64,000 bases of DNA. Source: Xylographa opegraphella (lineage: Eukaryota). Positions 53,720 through 64,000 of this stretch are shown here, piece after piece (within the stretch, counting starts at the first letter, position 1; each line of letters starts with the position of its first letter). Where the stretch lies: assembly GCA_022813865.1 (NCBI GenBank), contig JALDZX010000028.1, forward strand, positions 124,001 to 188,000, written 5' to 3'. Position numbers and translations under genes: made by a program. Below the pieces are notes generated by a model, which was given only the letters and a program-made list of their open reading frames with translations, did not search any database and was not told the DNA's origin.

Positions 53720-55303
53720 ATGCCTTCAGGCAAAGGAACCCCAAGCAAGAGCTCATCTACTGACCTCCGTCAACCCAAATCAGCAGCAACCTCAGCTATG
53801 GTTGGAGCTTTAGTATCGCCTGATTCTCCTATACAGACTTCGGCTCCCAAAAGAATTGAGAGACGCAGACGTCCTAGCAAGAAAGCCCCGTCGGGTAACA
53901 TCCCTGAGCTAGAACAACCACAAATCGGATTCCTCACACCACAACAAGCCGGGGACCAAGCTCCAGCCACGATACTTCTGAGCGATAATAAATCTGCTGC
54001 TACTGCAGGAAGAAAGTCGAAAAACAAAAAGGCGCCGAACAATCAGCTGGCGAGTGGTAATGCCAGCCCACCAGTTTCAACACCCCAAATTACTCGCTCC
54101 CCCCGCCCAGAACCACGCGCAGTTTCGATGACGCCTGTTAAAAAGAGCACTACTCCATCTCAGGCTTATGCGGGTCCGACTTTTCACGCTTCTCCGGCAC
54201 CCTCAGCTCTCCCAATTCCTAAATTCTTCTCAAAATCGGTTCCGGTAACTGAAAAGGGCGCCAGCTTAAGTACCATGATGCAAGACGATTCTTCAGAGGG
54301 CTTGTCCAACAAGAGCGATGAGTCGCCAACAATGATGAATGCTTTGCGCGTAAGCCAGCACCCGATTCGGGAAGCATCGCCGCTAGACTTTTTCTTCAAT
54401 GCCGATAGAGAACAAAAAGCTAAGCGTTCTTCTGCCATCACCAAGAGTGTTTCGAACAATGGTTTCGATCAAATTAATGGTGCTTCTAAGATTGTAAGCT
54501 CAACCCAAGAGTATATGCGCCACCACTCGCGCAATGCTACACAGGGGTCGACCAACGAGATTTTCCCACTTGAGATGGACGCGACTGAAAACTCTAGTTC
54601 TACTAGAGCCATTAGACCGGCGGACCCGTCTCCAGAAATTCGTCGTTCCGAATCTTCGCCATCTGTCATTAGATCGACATCAGCGCAAAGCGAAGAACAA
54701 GCCAAGGCGAAAACAGAGGCACTGAAGAGATTTTTGTTATTGTCCCAGCCTCAAAGCCCTTCATCGGAGGCCGCCAGTCCGTTGGCAACTTTGTACTACT
54801 CAAACTCGCCATCTCCGAGTCCATTATCTCACCATAATCATAATCTCCGCAGTACTTCCGCCACGTCTACCCCAAGTGGTAGAACTGGCAGCTCTGGCAA
54901 CAAGGACCCTACCCAGTCACCTGACACTAATATGTCGTTTTTGAAGCAGTTCCCCGCTTTTAATGTAAAGGGACAACCGCAAGTCCGGCCTCTCTCGTCC
55001 CATTTACGGCAGGAAATGACCGCCGATATGTTTCCTGAATCACAAGAGCTTCATGCTACACCTACGCCATCTCGTTCGTATAATGTGTATACCCAAACCA
55101 CTACGCAGAATTCGCATGATGCTCAGCATAATAGTCATTTTTCGCCTTACACTCCAGCAGTGAAGAAGTTTCAGGCTGAGGATGCCTTGAAGGCCGCCAC
55201 GGGCCAAAACGATACTTCTGTAGACATGATGGAAAACGAATTACGAAGAATTCTGAAGTTAGATAATCTCGGCAGCGGCGGTGCAACTGGAGTTCGGTCT
55301 TAG
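53720..55303 (+). CDS. Disordered protein with a PNRC/Edc1-type decapping-activator motif
   Basis: YAGPTFHASPAPSALPIPKF motif in a Ser/Pro-rich 527 aa ORF; C-terminal MENELRRILKL helix. Confidence 0.8.
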   Translation: MPSGKGTPSKSSSTDLRQPKSAATSAMVGALVSPDSPIQTSAPKRIERRRRPSKKAPSGNIPELEQPQIGFLTPQQAGDQAPATILLSDNKSAATAGRKSKNKKAPNNQLASGNASPPVSTPQITRSPRPEPRAVSMTPVKKSTTPSQAYAGPTFHASPAPSALPIPKFFSKSVPVTEKGASLSTMMQDDSSEGLSNKSDESPTMMNALRVSQHPIREASPLDFFFNADREQKAKRSSAITKSVSNNGFDQINGASKIVSSTQEYMRHHSRNATQGSTNEIFPLEMDATENSSSTRAIRPADPSPEIRRSESSPSVIRSTSAQSEEQAKAKTEALKRFLLLSQPQSPSSEAASPLATLYYSNSPSPSPLSHHNHNLRSTSATSTPSGRTGSSGNKDPTQSPDTNMSFLKQFPAFNVKGQPQVRPLSSHLRQEMTADMFPESQELHATPTPSRSYNVYTQTTTQNSHDAQHNSHFSPYTPAVKKFQAEDALKAATGQNDTSVDMMENELRRILKLDNLGSGGATGVRS

Positions 55304-57534
55304 TCGAGGAGTATGATAATGCTCCCCATAATAGCGAATCGCTTAAGCATGGTTGAAGATATTTTGAGCAGTCCCTGGCATACCCCGGAAGGAAGGCACC
55401 GGCGTTTTATGGATAGCAGGCTATCATACACCAATTTGTGGCCCAATTTGGACATTCTTTGGACATCCTTTGGATCCCTAAATCACATTTCGACTTGTAC
55501 TTACGTTCATTCTGTAAACTGCTCGCCATCTGAACGACATTCAGATATCCTTTCCTAGTACGCTCTACTTTTCAGGATCACTTGTTCTCACAAAACACAT
55601 AGGCGATTTGATCCAGCTTTGCAACAACGATAGACATTATGCTCTCGATGCTTCGACATTACTAGCAAATGTAACAGGTACTCGCGGATAATTGGGACTG
55701 CGTCTTACACGACCAAACAATGCACACCTGCACCTTTCATTTGTTTCAATCACGATAGGTCACACAGTGGCCTCATGGACGAGTCAATCATTGTTGTCGT
55801 TTATACGGCTTTCATGGACGATCATGACCCAGTTCATACCGCTTTTTAATGCAGGCCTTGCTGGCGGTTGCAAAGTCACTCACTACATTTCTGTAGCTTT
55901 TTCTTATGTTGACTATGGTACTGGATTCGGGAGGTGGAAAGTAGCTGTCAGCCTCGATAACTGAAGGATCGTAAGGATCGTACTTGCACTGCTGCAACAT
56001 TTCCTTTATTTACCACTAAGTATTGAATTTTTAACGAGACACATCACCAAAAACAATATCCTGAATCGATCGCATAGTTTCACTCGCAACGATGCCATGA
56101 TGTCTTTGTGGTATTTATCCCCTTAGCAGCATTGCACACCCCACTCCTATGCATTCGGTGGTCTATGATATCTCTGAGTGATAAGCTAAGCTTTGCTTCG
56201 AGAAGCCGCTCCTGCAGCCGTGTCAGCTTTCCCAGCCGCATCGTCCAAGAACTGTCCTGGCCTCTCAGCAATACGCGGGTGGATGGGTGTGCCGCTCCAG
56301 TCGAGTGCCAACTAGCGCTGTTCGCATATTGGAACGCCTAGCACACTTCGTGACAAACGGTTTAGCACTCCGGCTATCTAACAGAGCCCATTATAGACAT
56401 TCATGTTTACTGTACGTTGTAGGCGATGTGTTGTTCGACACTCCACAATCCGTACTATCGGTGGGTTCCTCGATGTTGGGCACTGCAAGAGGACCATGAA
56501 AGTATTATTTGATTCGCTGAATTACCTTTCGCACGGAGCCATAGCATCTTGACTTTATCAATGATAGAATACCGGGCAGTCTGAGTGCAGCCGTGGTTGA
56601 TGATGCGTATGGCCGAACACGCCTGCCCTCGAAGCATTGAGGCATCTCGAGAATTTCATTTCAGTCTTGGTCTGGTCGGTAGGCAGTGTGGTAGAGGAAG
56701 GCTGGTGAATTGCTTCGCATCAGGCTGTGCTACAGCCCACAACTTGGGAATGTGTGTGTGTGACACAAGGTGCATGCACTCGAGTTCTTGAACGAATCAA
56801 AAAACCCTTAGTTTTCACTAGAGCCTCTTCGCTAGACCGTTTCCGGATTAGCTCTGCAAGCTCGCCAGATCCTCCCCACACTATCTGACCACTCTCACCT
56901 CTCATCACTCACCACTCACCACTCACCACTTCATCCAAACATAGTATATTCAAGTGTAAGGTATCTTGTGCAAGCTCAAACCGCCACTAAGGTGTATCTA
57001 CACGATTCCCAACCGAGCCACTCTTCGACAATGGCCGAGAACGTCTTTCCTCGACTTCGAGATGAACGTGGCAGTCCAGCAAGAATTGGGAAATTCTCCG
57101 AAAATTCTGCTCAGCTCGCTTTACATAGCGATTCCTGGCCTTTGGCATGGACTTGTGACAAACTTGATATCCTTTGCCCAAGAGTATGCCGTGCTTTCAA
57201 TCTATCGGCAAGATGTGCTCGCCTATCAATACCCCTGTCCATTGCCTGGTTGGATGCCTCCTCACCATCAGGTAGGCGGCTGATAGTCAGGCTAAGACAC
57301 ATACAGAACCCACTACTTAAGACATTCCGAGGCTGAGCGCTCTTTTTCTATGATTTTTAAGCCTTGTCCGCTGTTCACTCCGCAACAAATGCCTTTCTGT
57401 TTCTCCACACCGATTCGAGTGTGATATTCTTTCACTAACTCCACAGGTGTTTCACGCATATATCAGTTCTATATGAATCATAGTTTCTTGCTGCGGTTTC
57501 GTTCGGTTGTCGCGTAGTGGTGCATCTGTGGGCG

Positions 57535-60394
57535 ATGATGGGTCCCCAACAAGCCTTGCTTCAGGCTATCGAGCCGCAATTTCAAGGTTCTGTGCATGTC
57601 GCGGATCAGTCTGATGTTCTAATCTGCGATTGTGTACTGAGTCGAGCTTCGGCAAGATCCATATGAGACAGCAAGATCGACAAGATACTACAAACCTGTC
57701 ATACACCGTACCGTCTCCTTTGCAGCACTTCTTGCTGTTGCGCTTGCCCTTGTAGTGGTCCTCGAATATGCCAGTCGCGTTTTACCTCATATTGGTTGGG
57801 ACGGGGATGCACCGCAGCGCAGAAGTGCCATCAACCGTCGCAAGGTACCCTTGGAGCTGGTTGCATCTTCGCTGCCTTCCGGCAGTCAATATAGCACAAC
57901 ACCACTTCCACCAACTCCTATAACAACAGCTTCACTGTCCGCGAAACTGAGTATAATACCGATGACAGGTCCAACGGCCTATTTAGACACTGACACGACC
58001 TTTGTAACCCAAGATATTAGTTCGGCAGCTTCATCTACGATTGCAGTTTCTGCGACCACTTCAAGATCATCAGCCTTATTAGATACCGTGACGACGTTCG
58101 CAGATGTAAGTTCAATGACCGAAAGAAGCTATATGGATATCTCTACTACCGTTTCACTCGCCTATATGAATACTGGTACAACCATCGACGAAACAGCCCA
58201 TATAAACACCAGTACCACAACAATTGAGCAAATACAAACTACGAAAGCATCATTAGCTGCAAATATTACATCGCCTTTTACAAGTTTGACTAGTGCGTCC
58301 GCCTACCTCGAGACGAACACAATCACCGAGTATAATACCGCCCATGAAACGGGCTACCTTGATGGAACAACGACCACCAGTGCCCCGTACCTAGATACAA
58401 CCATTGCAGCGCAAACCACTCCGCACATATTTTATTTGTCAACCGATACAAGTACCCAGCTGGTGATAGCTCAGGTTAAGTCTACGCCGAGCACTTCTGC
58501 TGCAGTAATTAGTACGACTTCTTCCCAGTTCACCGGTGCGACCTCCCAGGCGACGATTGCTCAGATTACATTAACGCATAGCACTCCTGCTGCGGTCATA
58601 AGCACGAGTTCTTACCTATTCGCCGACACGACTTCCCAGTCGATGATCGCTCAGTTTATATCAACCTCGAATGACGGGGTACAGGTTAAGATGACAACAT
58701 CGACAACCCAACCCCCCATAACTCCATTGACGATGATAACCACAGCTACAATGGGTATGTCAATGACGAAATTTGCTTCCCTTCTACGAATACTAATCTA
58801 CGACTTAGGTGTGCCCAGCGTAGCATTTGCACTCCCGCTTCATAGTACCAATGAAATACCGGCAAATAAGCCCCTCACTTTCTTCACGCAATCGATTTAC
58901 TTCTTGGCGCCTATTTGCCGATTCTTGCTGGCGTTGGTCTTCGTATGGTGATTGATTGGCTTAATGTGACCACGAAAATGCTCGAACCATTTCGTATCCT
59001 CACACAATGCAAGACCACAAAGGCTAAGGATTTTTTCAATATCAACTATCTTTCCGCGTCGGACACCTTCGAGCCATACAAGGCAATGATGAGCCGCAAT
59101 TGGCTCATGCTTTGTACATCGCTTCTATGCCTTGCGGTGGAACTGATGAGTCCTTTTGCCGCCGAGATCCTACACTTCTACCGGTCCTGTGAGTCGACAG
59201 AAAATGACACACTCACTTGCGCTGCAGCTTTGTGGATCAACGTTTCTGTTGTCAGAATACTACAGGGCTTGTTGTCGTTCTCCTCCATGATGCTAGCAAT
59301 TATTTGGTACACGCTCAGAAGTCGTTCCAGTGAAATCTCGGTCCGATCCATCCAGTATCGTCACTATAGCCTCATTGCTCCATCATCCTGAAACGATGGA
59401 CAGGCTGCGCGGTCTTGATCTATCAGCCTCGGAAGCTCACACTATAAAGAGCCTCGATACATATACATATCATCTTGGGAGTTATGAAGGAAGAGACGGA
59501 AACCAACGCTACGGGCTTATAGCTTCAGAGAGAGTACAAATTGACCAACCGAGCAACGCTTCAGACCCATTGATGGTCAGAAAGGACTCAGGAAAGTCAG
59601 TGTGCTCTATCCCCCAAGAAACTGTCACGACACGTTCAAAGCTACGAAAGCCCCTACACATCGTCCGCGATATTGTTCTTGGCTCTACCATCGCTGGAAT
59701 ATTAATTATAGTTGCTCTTTACTATGTTGCAAGCGGGAATAGCGGCTTCAATATCTTCATGAATAGCAACAGCTTCGGGCCTCGATTTTTAGTCACTTGC
59801 GTAGGCATCATTATCCACTCCCAGTGGGCCCGTTTGGACCGAGAATGTGCTATTGATGAGCCTTTCCGCCGCTTGTACCGCGGCTGCGCCACAGCTGAAT
59901 CGACTACACTTCCCTCCAGAACCTTGACGCCCGTCTCTACTTTCTTTGCCTCAATCTACCAGCACAGCTTCTTCGTTACACATGTCACCTTCGTCACTCT
60001 CATGTCAGAAGTCCTCATAATCGTTCTCCCCGGAGTCCCTTTCTCCCCTGGCGAGATCTGGCAAGCAGGAATGATGTCTATCTATCTTTCCATGGCTATC
60101 CTGGGCCTCATGCTCCTCACATTTGTGGCTGTCATGCTACGACCCAAGGGTCCAGATCTACCGCGCAAGCCCAACACCCTGGGAGCCATGTTCATGTATC
60201 TGTGCGACTCGAGCAAGACGGCCGATTTCGCGGACCTAGCTTGCCTGGAAACGAGAGCGCGGGATCGGTTGGTGAGGGATAAAGATAGACTATACTGCCT
60301 GAAGTATGATCTGGGAACGGATGGCAGCATGCGGTGGCAAGTCGACTACGACACTCGAGGCGAGAAAGGAGGGTCGTTGATGCGTGATTTTTGA
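57535..60394 (+). pseudogene. DUF3433-like multi-pass membrane protein with a Thr/Ser-rich insert and two apparent frameshifts
   Basis: YKPV...LEY first TM segment, long Thr-rich region, then AYLPIL, KMLEPF, DPSSI, FMNSNSFGPRF and LPRKPNTLGAMFMYLCDS. Frames shift near 58905 and 59338. The start is approximate. Confidence 0.65.
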
Positions 60395-61012
60395 GGGTCT
60401 CGTAAGGACTGGGGTCGTATGTATCGTTAATAACAATCATTATCATACTCTGGGATATCGTAATATCGAGAGATCCTAGAGAATTTAAGGCGAGAACACC
60501 GAGAGCTCAAAAACTCAACGTCGCAACTACCTGCACTGAACCGTTCTCCAGAAGATTCAAGCACGATGAGGTAGTACGTCGGCCGATAGCAGCGGTCTTG
60601 GTCGTTGTCATCGCAGGGCTGCCTTCCCTCGGTGTCGTTGTGGTGGGACTGACCCAGGGGTCTGATGAGATGGACCGGAGGGTCTTTGTACATCTTGTTC
60701 GGTGTCCTGGATGGTGGGCACTGGGAAGGCGGTTGCTGCAAGGCGTTTCGGTTAACCTGGGGCTGGCAGGAAGAGCTTGCGTACTGCAGGGCCTTCAGAA
60801 CTCTTTTGTGCGGCAAGTAATTGACACGTGAGATATCCAGACCGGCATAGGGCTGGTTGCATTCCTTGATGCGGTCGAGAGTTCATGGGCACTAGGTCAA
60901 TTGCAGTACCATTCCGGCCTCCTCGCAATCTGTATTCGTGCATTCGGTGAGAGTTCCCGCCGGCTTCAGAGTCTTGAGAGTCGTCCTTCATACCGTTCAT
61001 ACAACCCCATGT

Positions 61013-61525
61013 TCAAGGATTTCCACCTAATGTGCTCGCCGTTTCTTCACCACTCAGCCGACCCTCTTTCTCGGTAATTGCTGCCTTCCCATCTCCGACT
61101 TTCTCCTCCAAAGCCCTATATTTCCTCCTCGTTTTCTTCCCACTACTCGCTTTCTTCTTCCGTGCCCTTTCGCCTTTCAACGCCACCCTACTCTCCGGCC
61201 CTTTCTCCATAAATTCTAGCTTCTGCGCCAGCATCGTCCGTGCGATCTTCCTGTTCTGCGACTGCGATCGCGTGGCCTGCGATTTTACGACTATTCCTGA
61301 GGGTAGATGCTTGAGCTGCACTGCAGAGGAGGTCTTGTTGATCTTCTGTCCCCCCGGACCGCTGCCTCTGAGAAAGACTTCAGTGAGGGTGTCTTCGGGA
61401 ACAGTAGGGCGAGGTGGGAGGGCGGGGCGGGCTTTGCCAAGAACGTTGGAGGTGGTGCTTAGGCATCTAATGGTGAAACCGTTGCGATAAAGTGAGGGGA
61501 AACGGTGGGGTATGACTTGGTACAT
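61013..61525 (-). CDS. Mitochondrial ribosome-rescue peptidyl-tRNA hydrolase (RF-1 GGQ domain, mtRF-R/C12orf65-like)
   Basis: FLRGSGPGGQKINKTSSAVQLKHLPSGIVVKSQATRSQSQNRKIAR with a basic C-terminal tail and a presequence-like N-terminus from ATG 61525. Confidence 0.88.
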   Translation of the reverse strand: MYQVIPHRFPSLYRNGFTIRCLSTTSNVLGKARPALPPRPTVPEDTLTEVFLRGSGPGGQKINKTSSAVQLKHLPSGIVVKSQATRSQSQNRKIARTMLAQKLEFMEKGPESRVALKGERARKKKASSGKKTRRKYRALEEKVGDGKAAITEKEGRLSGEETASTLGGNP

Positions 61526-61779
61526 CAGGTAAGCATAATTGGATATTACACAAGAGTGTTTGTTGTTGTGAACGAAAGCAGTGTATTTCGTTTCTTGATG
61601 CTTGCGTCCTGGATTGTCAGACTCTCCGGCAATTCTGTCGTGGATCAATATAGGCCCGATGCCGAGCCGAGATCATATGTAAGATATACACAACCAATCC
61701 TTACCGAACCAAATTTGTCTCAACTGTTGTAGTCGATATATGGTTTCAAAGCACGCTCCTGATACCCTCCAAAAGCGCC

Positions 61780-62403
61780 ATGGCTTATCAGCATATCAAT
61801 TTCCCTTCTTCCCATCCTCCTCCGTCACCTCCACTTCCCGAAGCATTCATGCTTACTTGCCCACCCAACACAGACCTCTGGCGCAAGCCCCCAGCCCACG
61901 ACATTTTCACCGCTCCATTTCTCTACCGTATCATGCCCCTCTCCTCCTTCCACCATGCGCAAGTCTCCATCTGCGCGGAATGGAAAACGCTATTTGATCA
62001 AGGTGGTCTCTGTATCATTTTACCTCAGAACGACGGCAAAAGTAAGTGGATTAAAACGGGCATCGAGTTCTACAATGGTGCACCGAATGTGAGCACAGTG
62101 GCGTGTGATCGGTGGGCAGATTGGAGTTTAACGCCGTTACCCGATGGGGACCAAAAAGGGGTGACGATAGGCATGGAGCGTGAACTGCTGGATGGGAAGG
62201 CGAGCAGTGTGCTAGTTGTGTACATTGTTGAAGGAAATGTAAAGAGGAATGTTAGAGAGATAACTTGGGTATTCGAAGATACAGGGGAAAACGAAAGGGA
62301 GTGTTGGGTTGGAGTCTTGGTTGGCAAACCCACAAAAGATACAGACGATGAAGAGGCGAACCTGGAGGTACAGTTCAAAGGACTAGAAATCGAGGTCTTT
62401 TAG
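61780..62403 (+). CDS. DUF1349 (Ree1-like) protein
   Basis: TDLWRKPP, WKTLFDQGGL, KWIKTGIEF, DRWADWSL and REITWVF motifs. Confidence 0.85.
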   Translation: MAYQHINFPSSHPPPSPPLPEAFMLTCPPNTDLWRKPPAHDIFTAPFLYRIMPLSSFHHAQVSICAEWKTLFDQGGLCIILPQNDGKSKWIKTGIEFYNGAPNVSTVACDRWADWSLTPLPDGDQKGVTIGMERELLDGKASSVLVVYIVEGNVKRNVREITWVFEDTGENERECWVGVLVGKPTKDTDDEEANLEVQFKGLEIEVF

Positions 62404-62955
62404 GTGTACAGCAATGGGTGTTGGTTGGGTCCGGAGGAAGACTCTGTGGTAACCAACTGACGATCCCCTCCTAAGACTATGTCAAGGTTTAGGAATCGCG
62501 CTTATGTAAGGGATCGAGTGGTTATACTAGTGACCTACATATATATATCAGCTTTGTAAAAGAATTGAAACTTAGCTTAGAATGCTACATACGCACACTT
62601 CCCATAACGCGTAATCGGGGTTCACAGCATCAACAGATTCACCATCTTTAGATCCTATTACAGCGAGCAGCTTTCACCAATAGAACTGATCTTATCACAA
62701 GTAGCTTGCTTTGCAAAATTACGGATACTGAGATGTTTGGAAATTCGACTTAGGCTTTAGTTAGCCGTAGACTCGTAATTAACAATTTGGCGCCGCTAAT
62801 CATAGTAGCCGAGATAAGCGTCGCGTTTTTCTTAGCAATCTGTGAATCGGCACTAGGCAATATCCAGATTAGGGCAACAAATGTGTAGCTGTTGAGACGT
62901 AACTGGATTCTGTACCGGTTCTCATCGTCGTTCCCGCCCGTGAATGTTTTAGCAG

Positions 62956-64000
62956 ATGATTACATTTAGTTACTTGAGGTATAGAAACCTGTCATCCCCG
63001 AAGTTATTGTGTTTCTGCGGTCCACTATGGTCTCAAGTCTGCCGTCGGAGACTGACGTCTTGTCGACAATCACTTGCGGTTGAAGCGAGAAACTACTCTA
63101 CCGTAACTGGAGCACAGCCAAAATGGCCGTCCTTGGTCTTGTTCTTCACCGTTGGTTTCTTAGGGTCCGTAGGCTTCGGGCTGGTCAATCAGAACCGTGC
63201 TGCCTCTGCAACAGACCCTACAACGTTCAAATCATTTACACTTGAATCGAAAGAGCGCGTTTCGTCTACTAGCAGTATCTTTACTCTCTCACCTACAACG
63301 AGAGATATCGGAGCTGGAACCTACGAAGAAGCATGGCAGAAGGGCGTGTGGAGCGTGCAGATCAAGCAGCCACAGCTTCAAATTGCAAGGGCGTACACTC
63401 CTTTACCACCGCCAGGGAACGACGAGGCATATCGAACCTCTGGTAGATTAAGCTTTTTGATCCGGCACGATCCCAGAGGAGAAGTTTCTGGATATCTCCA
63501 CAAATTGCCGCTGGGTGCAACAATCGACCTTAGAGGCCCTCAGGTCGAGTACGCAATCCCTGAAGATGTGACTGAGGTACTATTTCTCGCAGGTGGCACA
63601 GGAATTGCACCCGCATTACAGGTTGCTCATTCGCTCTACGAGGCTCGGAAAGGTCGCGGTGTAGCTCCCAAGCTGCACGTTCTTTGGGCCAATAGAAGAA
63701 GAGAGGACTGCGAAGGAGGAATCAATGACACGAGCTCCAGATCTTCCTCTGGCCTCAACCTATGGACCAAGTTCTTTTCGCCGAAGGTGGAAAGTGCTGT
63801 GAAACCTACCACAGTTGGACAATCCGACCTCTCGCCAATGGTCCTACGTCTAGAGACCCTGAAGAAGTTCCAGTCAGATCTCGTAAGCGTTGAATATTTT
63901 GTGGACGAAGAGCAGACAGTAATTAGCAAGGCAGTACTCAAGGATGTCTTGCAGCCCTCTGTTGCGACTTCCAAAGAGCGTCCGAGTGAGAGGAAGCTCA
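62956..64000 (+). CDS. CYC2: Cytochrome-b5-reductase-like FAD/NAD(P) oxidoreductase, Cyc2-like; 3' end outside the window
   Basis: Frame from ATG 62956 has a presequence-like N-terminus, a TM segment, GVWSVQIKQPQLQIARAYTPLPP, GEVSGYLH, LRGP and FLAGGTGIAPALQ, and appears to run off the window end. Confidence 0.8.
   Translation, partial: MITFSYLRYRNLSSPKLLCFCGPLWSQVCRRRLTSCRQSLAVEARNYSTVTGAQPKWPSLVLFFTVGFLGSVGFGLVNQNRAASATDPTTFKSFTLESKERVSSTSSIFTLSPTTRDIGAGTYEEAWQKGVWSVQIKQPQLQIARAYTPLPPPGNDEAYRTSGRLSFLIRHDPRGEVSGYLHKLPLGATIDLRGPQVEYAIPEDVTEVLFLAGGTGIAPALQVAHSLYEARKGRGVAPKLHVLWANRRREDCEGGINDTSSRSSSGLNLWTKFFSPKVESAVKPTTVGQSDLSPMVLRLETLKKFQSDLVSVEYFVDEEQTVISKAVLKDVLQPSVATSKERPSERKL

Noticed and set aside
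55400..57500. Short ORFs, including MAENVFPRLRDE at about 57032
   Set aside because: No recognisable family or supporting splice pattern.

Overview
Intron-rich nuclear DNA from a filamentous ascomycete (Pezizomycotina-type genes; GT/GC-AG introns with CTRAY branch points). About 22 protein-coding loci can be reconstructed. Most are housekeeping genes: RBG2/DRG GTPase, CWC2, GCN2, a Cut12-domain protein, CDC34, a UIM protein, CBF1, YCF1, a DUF2841 protein, SAC3, NTA1, SPC1, RBX1, a PNRC/Edc1-like protein, an mtRF-R-like GGQ protein, a DUF1349 protein and a partial CYC2-like gene. The accessory loci are an atypical heme catalase, an orphan secreted ORF, an intronless HET-domain gene and two apparently broken genes (a flavin monooxygenase and a DUF3433 membrane protein). 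RBG2, SPC1, RBX1 and CYC2 are absent or fragmented in the ORF track and were assembled by hand. No rRNA, tRNA, CRISPR array or intact transposon was recognised. I found no clearly new multi-gene system. The best leads are the catalase with an altered distal pocket, recurring GC-rich islands with a C-to-G skew flip and microsatellites, a telomere-like G-quadruplex-capable array in a YCF1 intron, and the pseudogenes. All family calls come from recognising motifs by eye, not from database searches.
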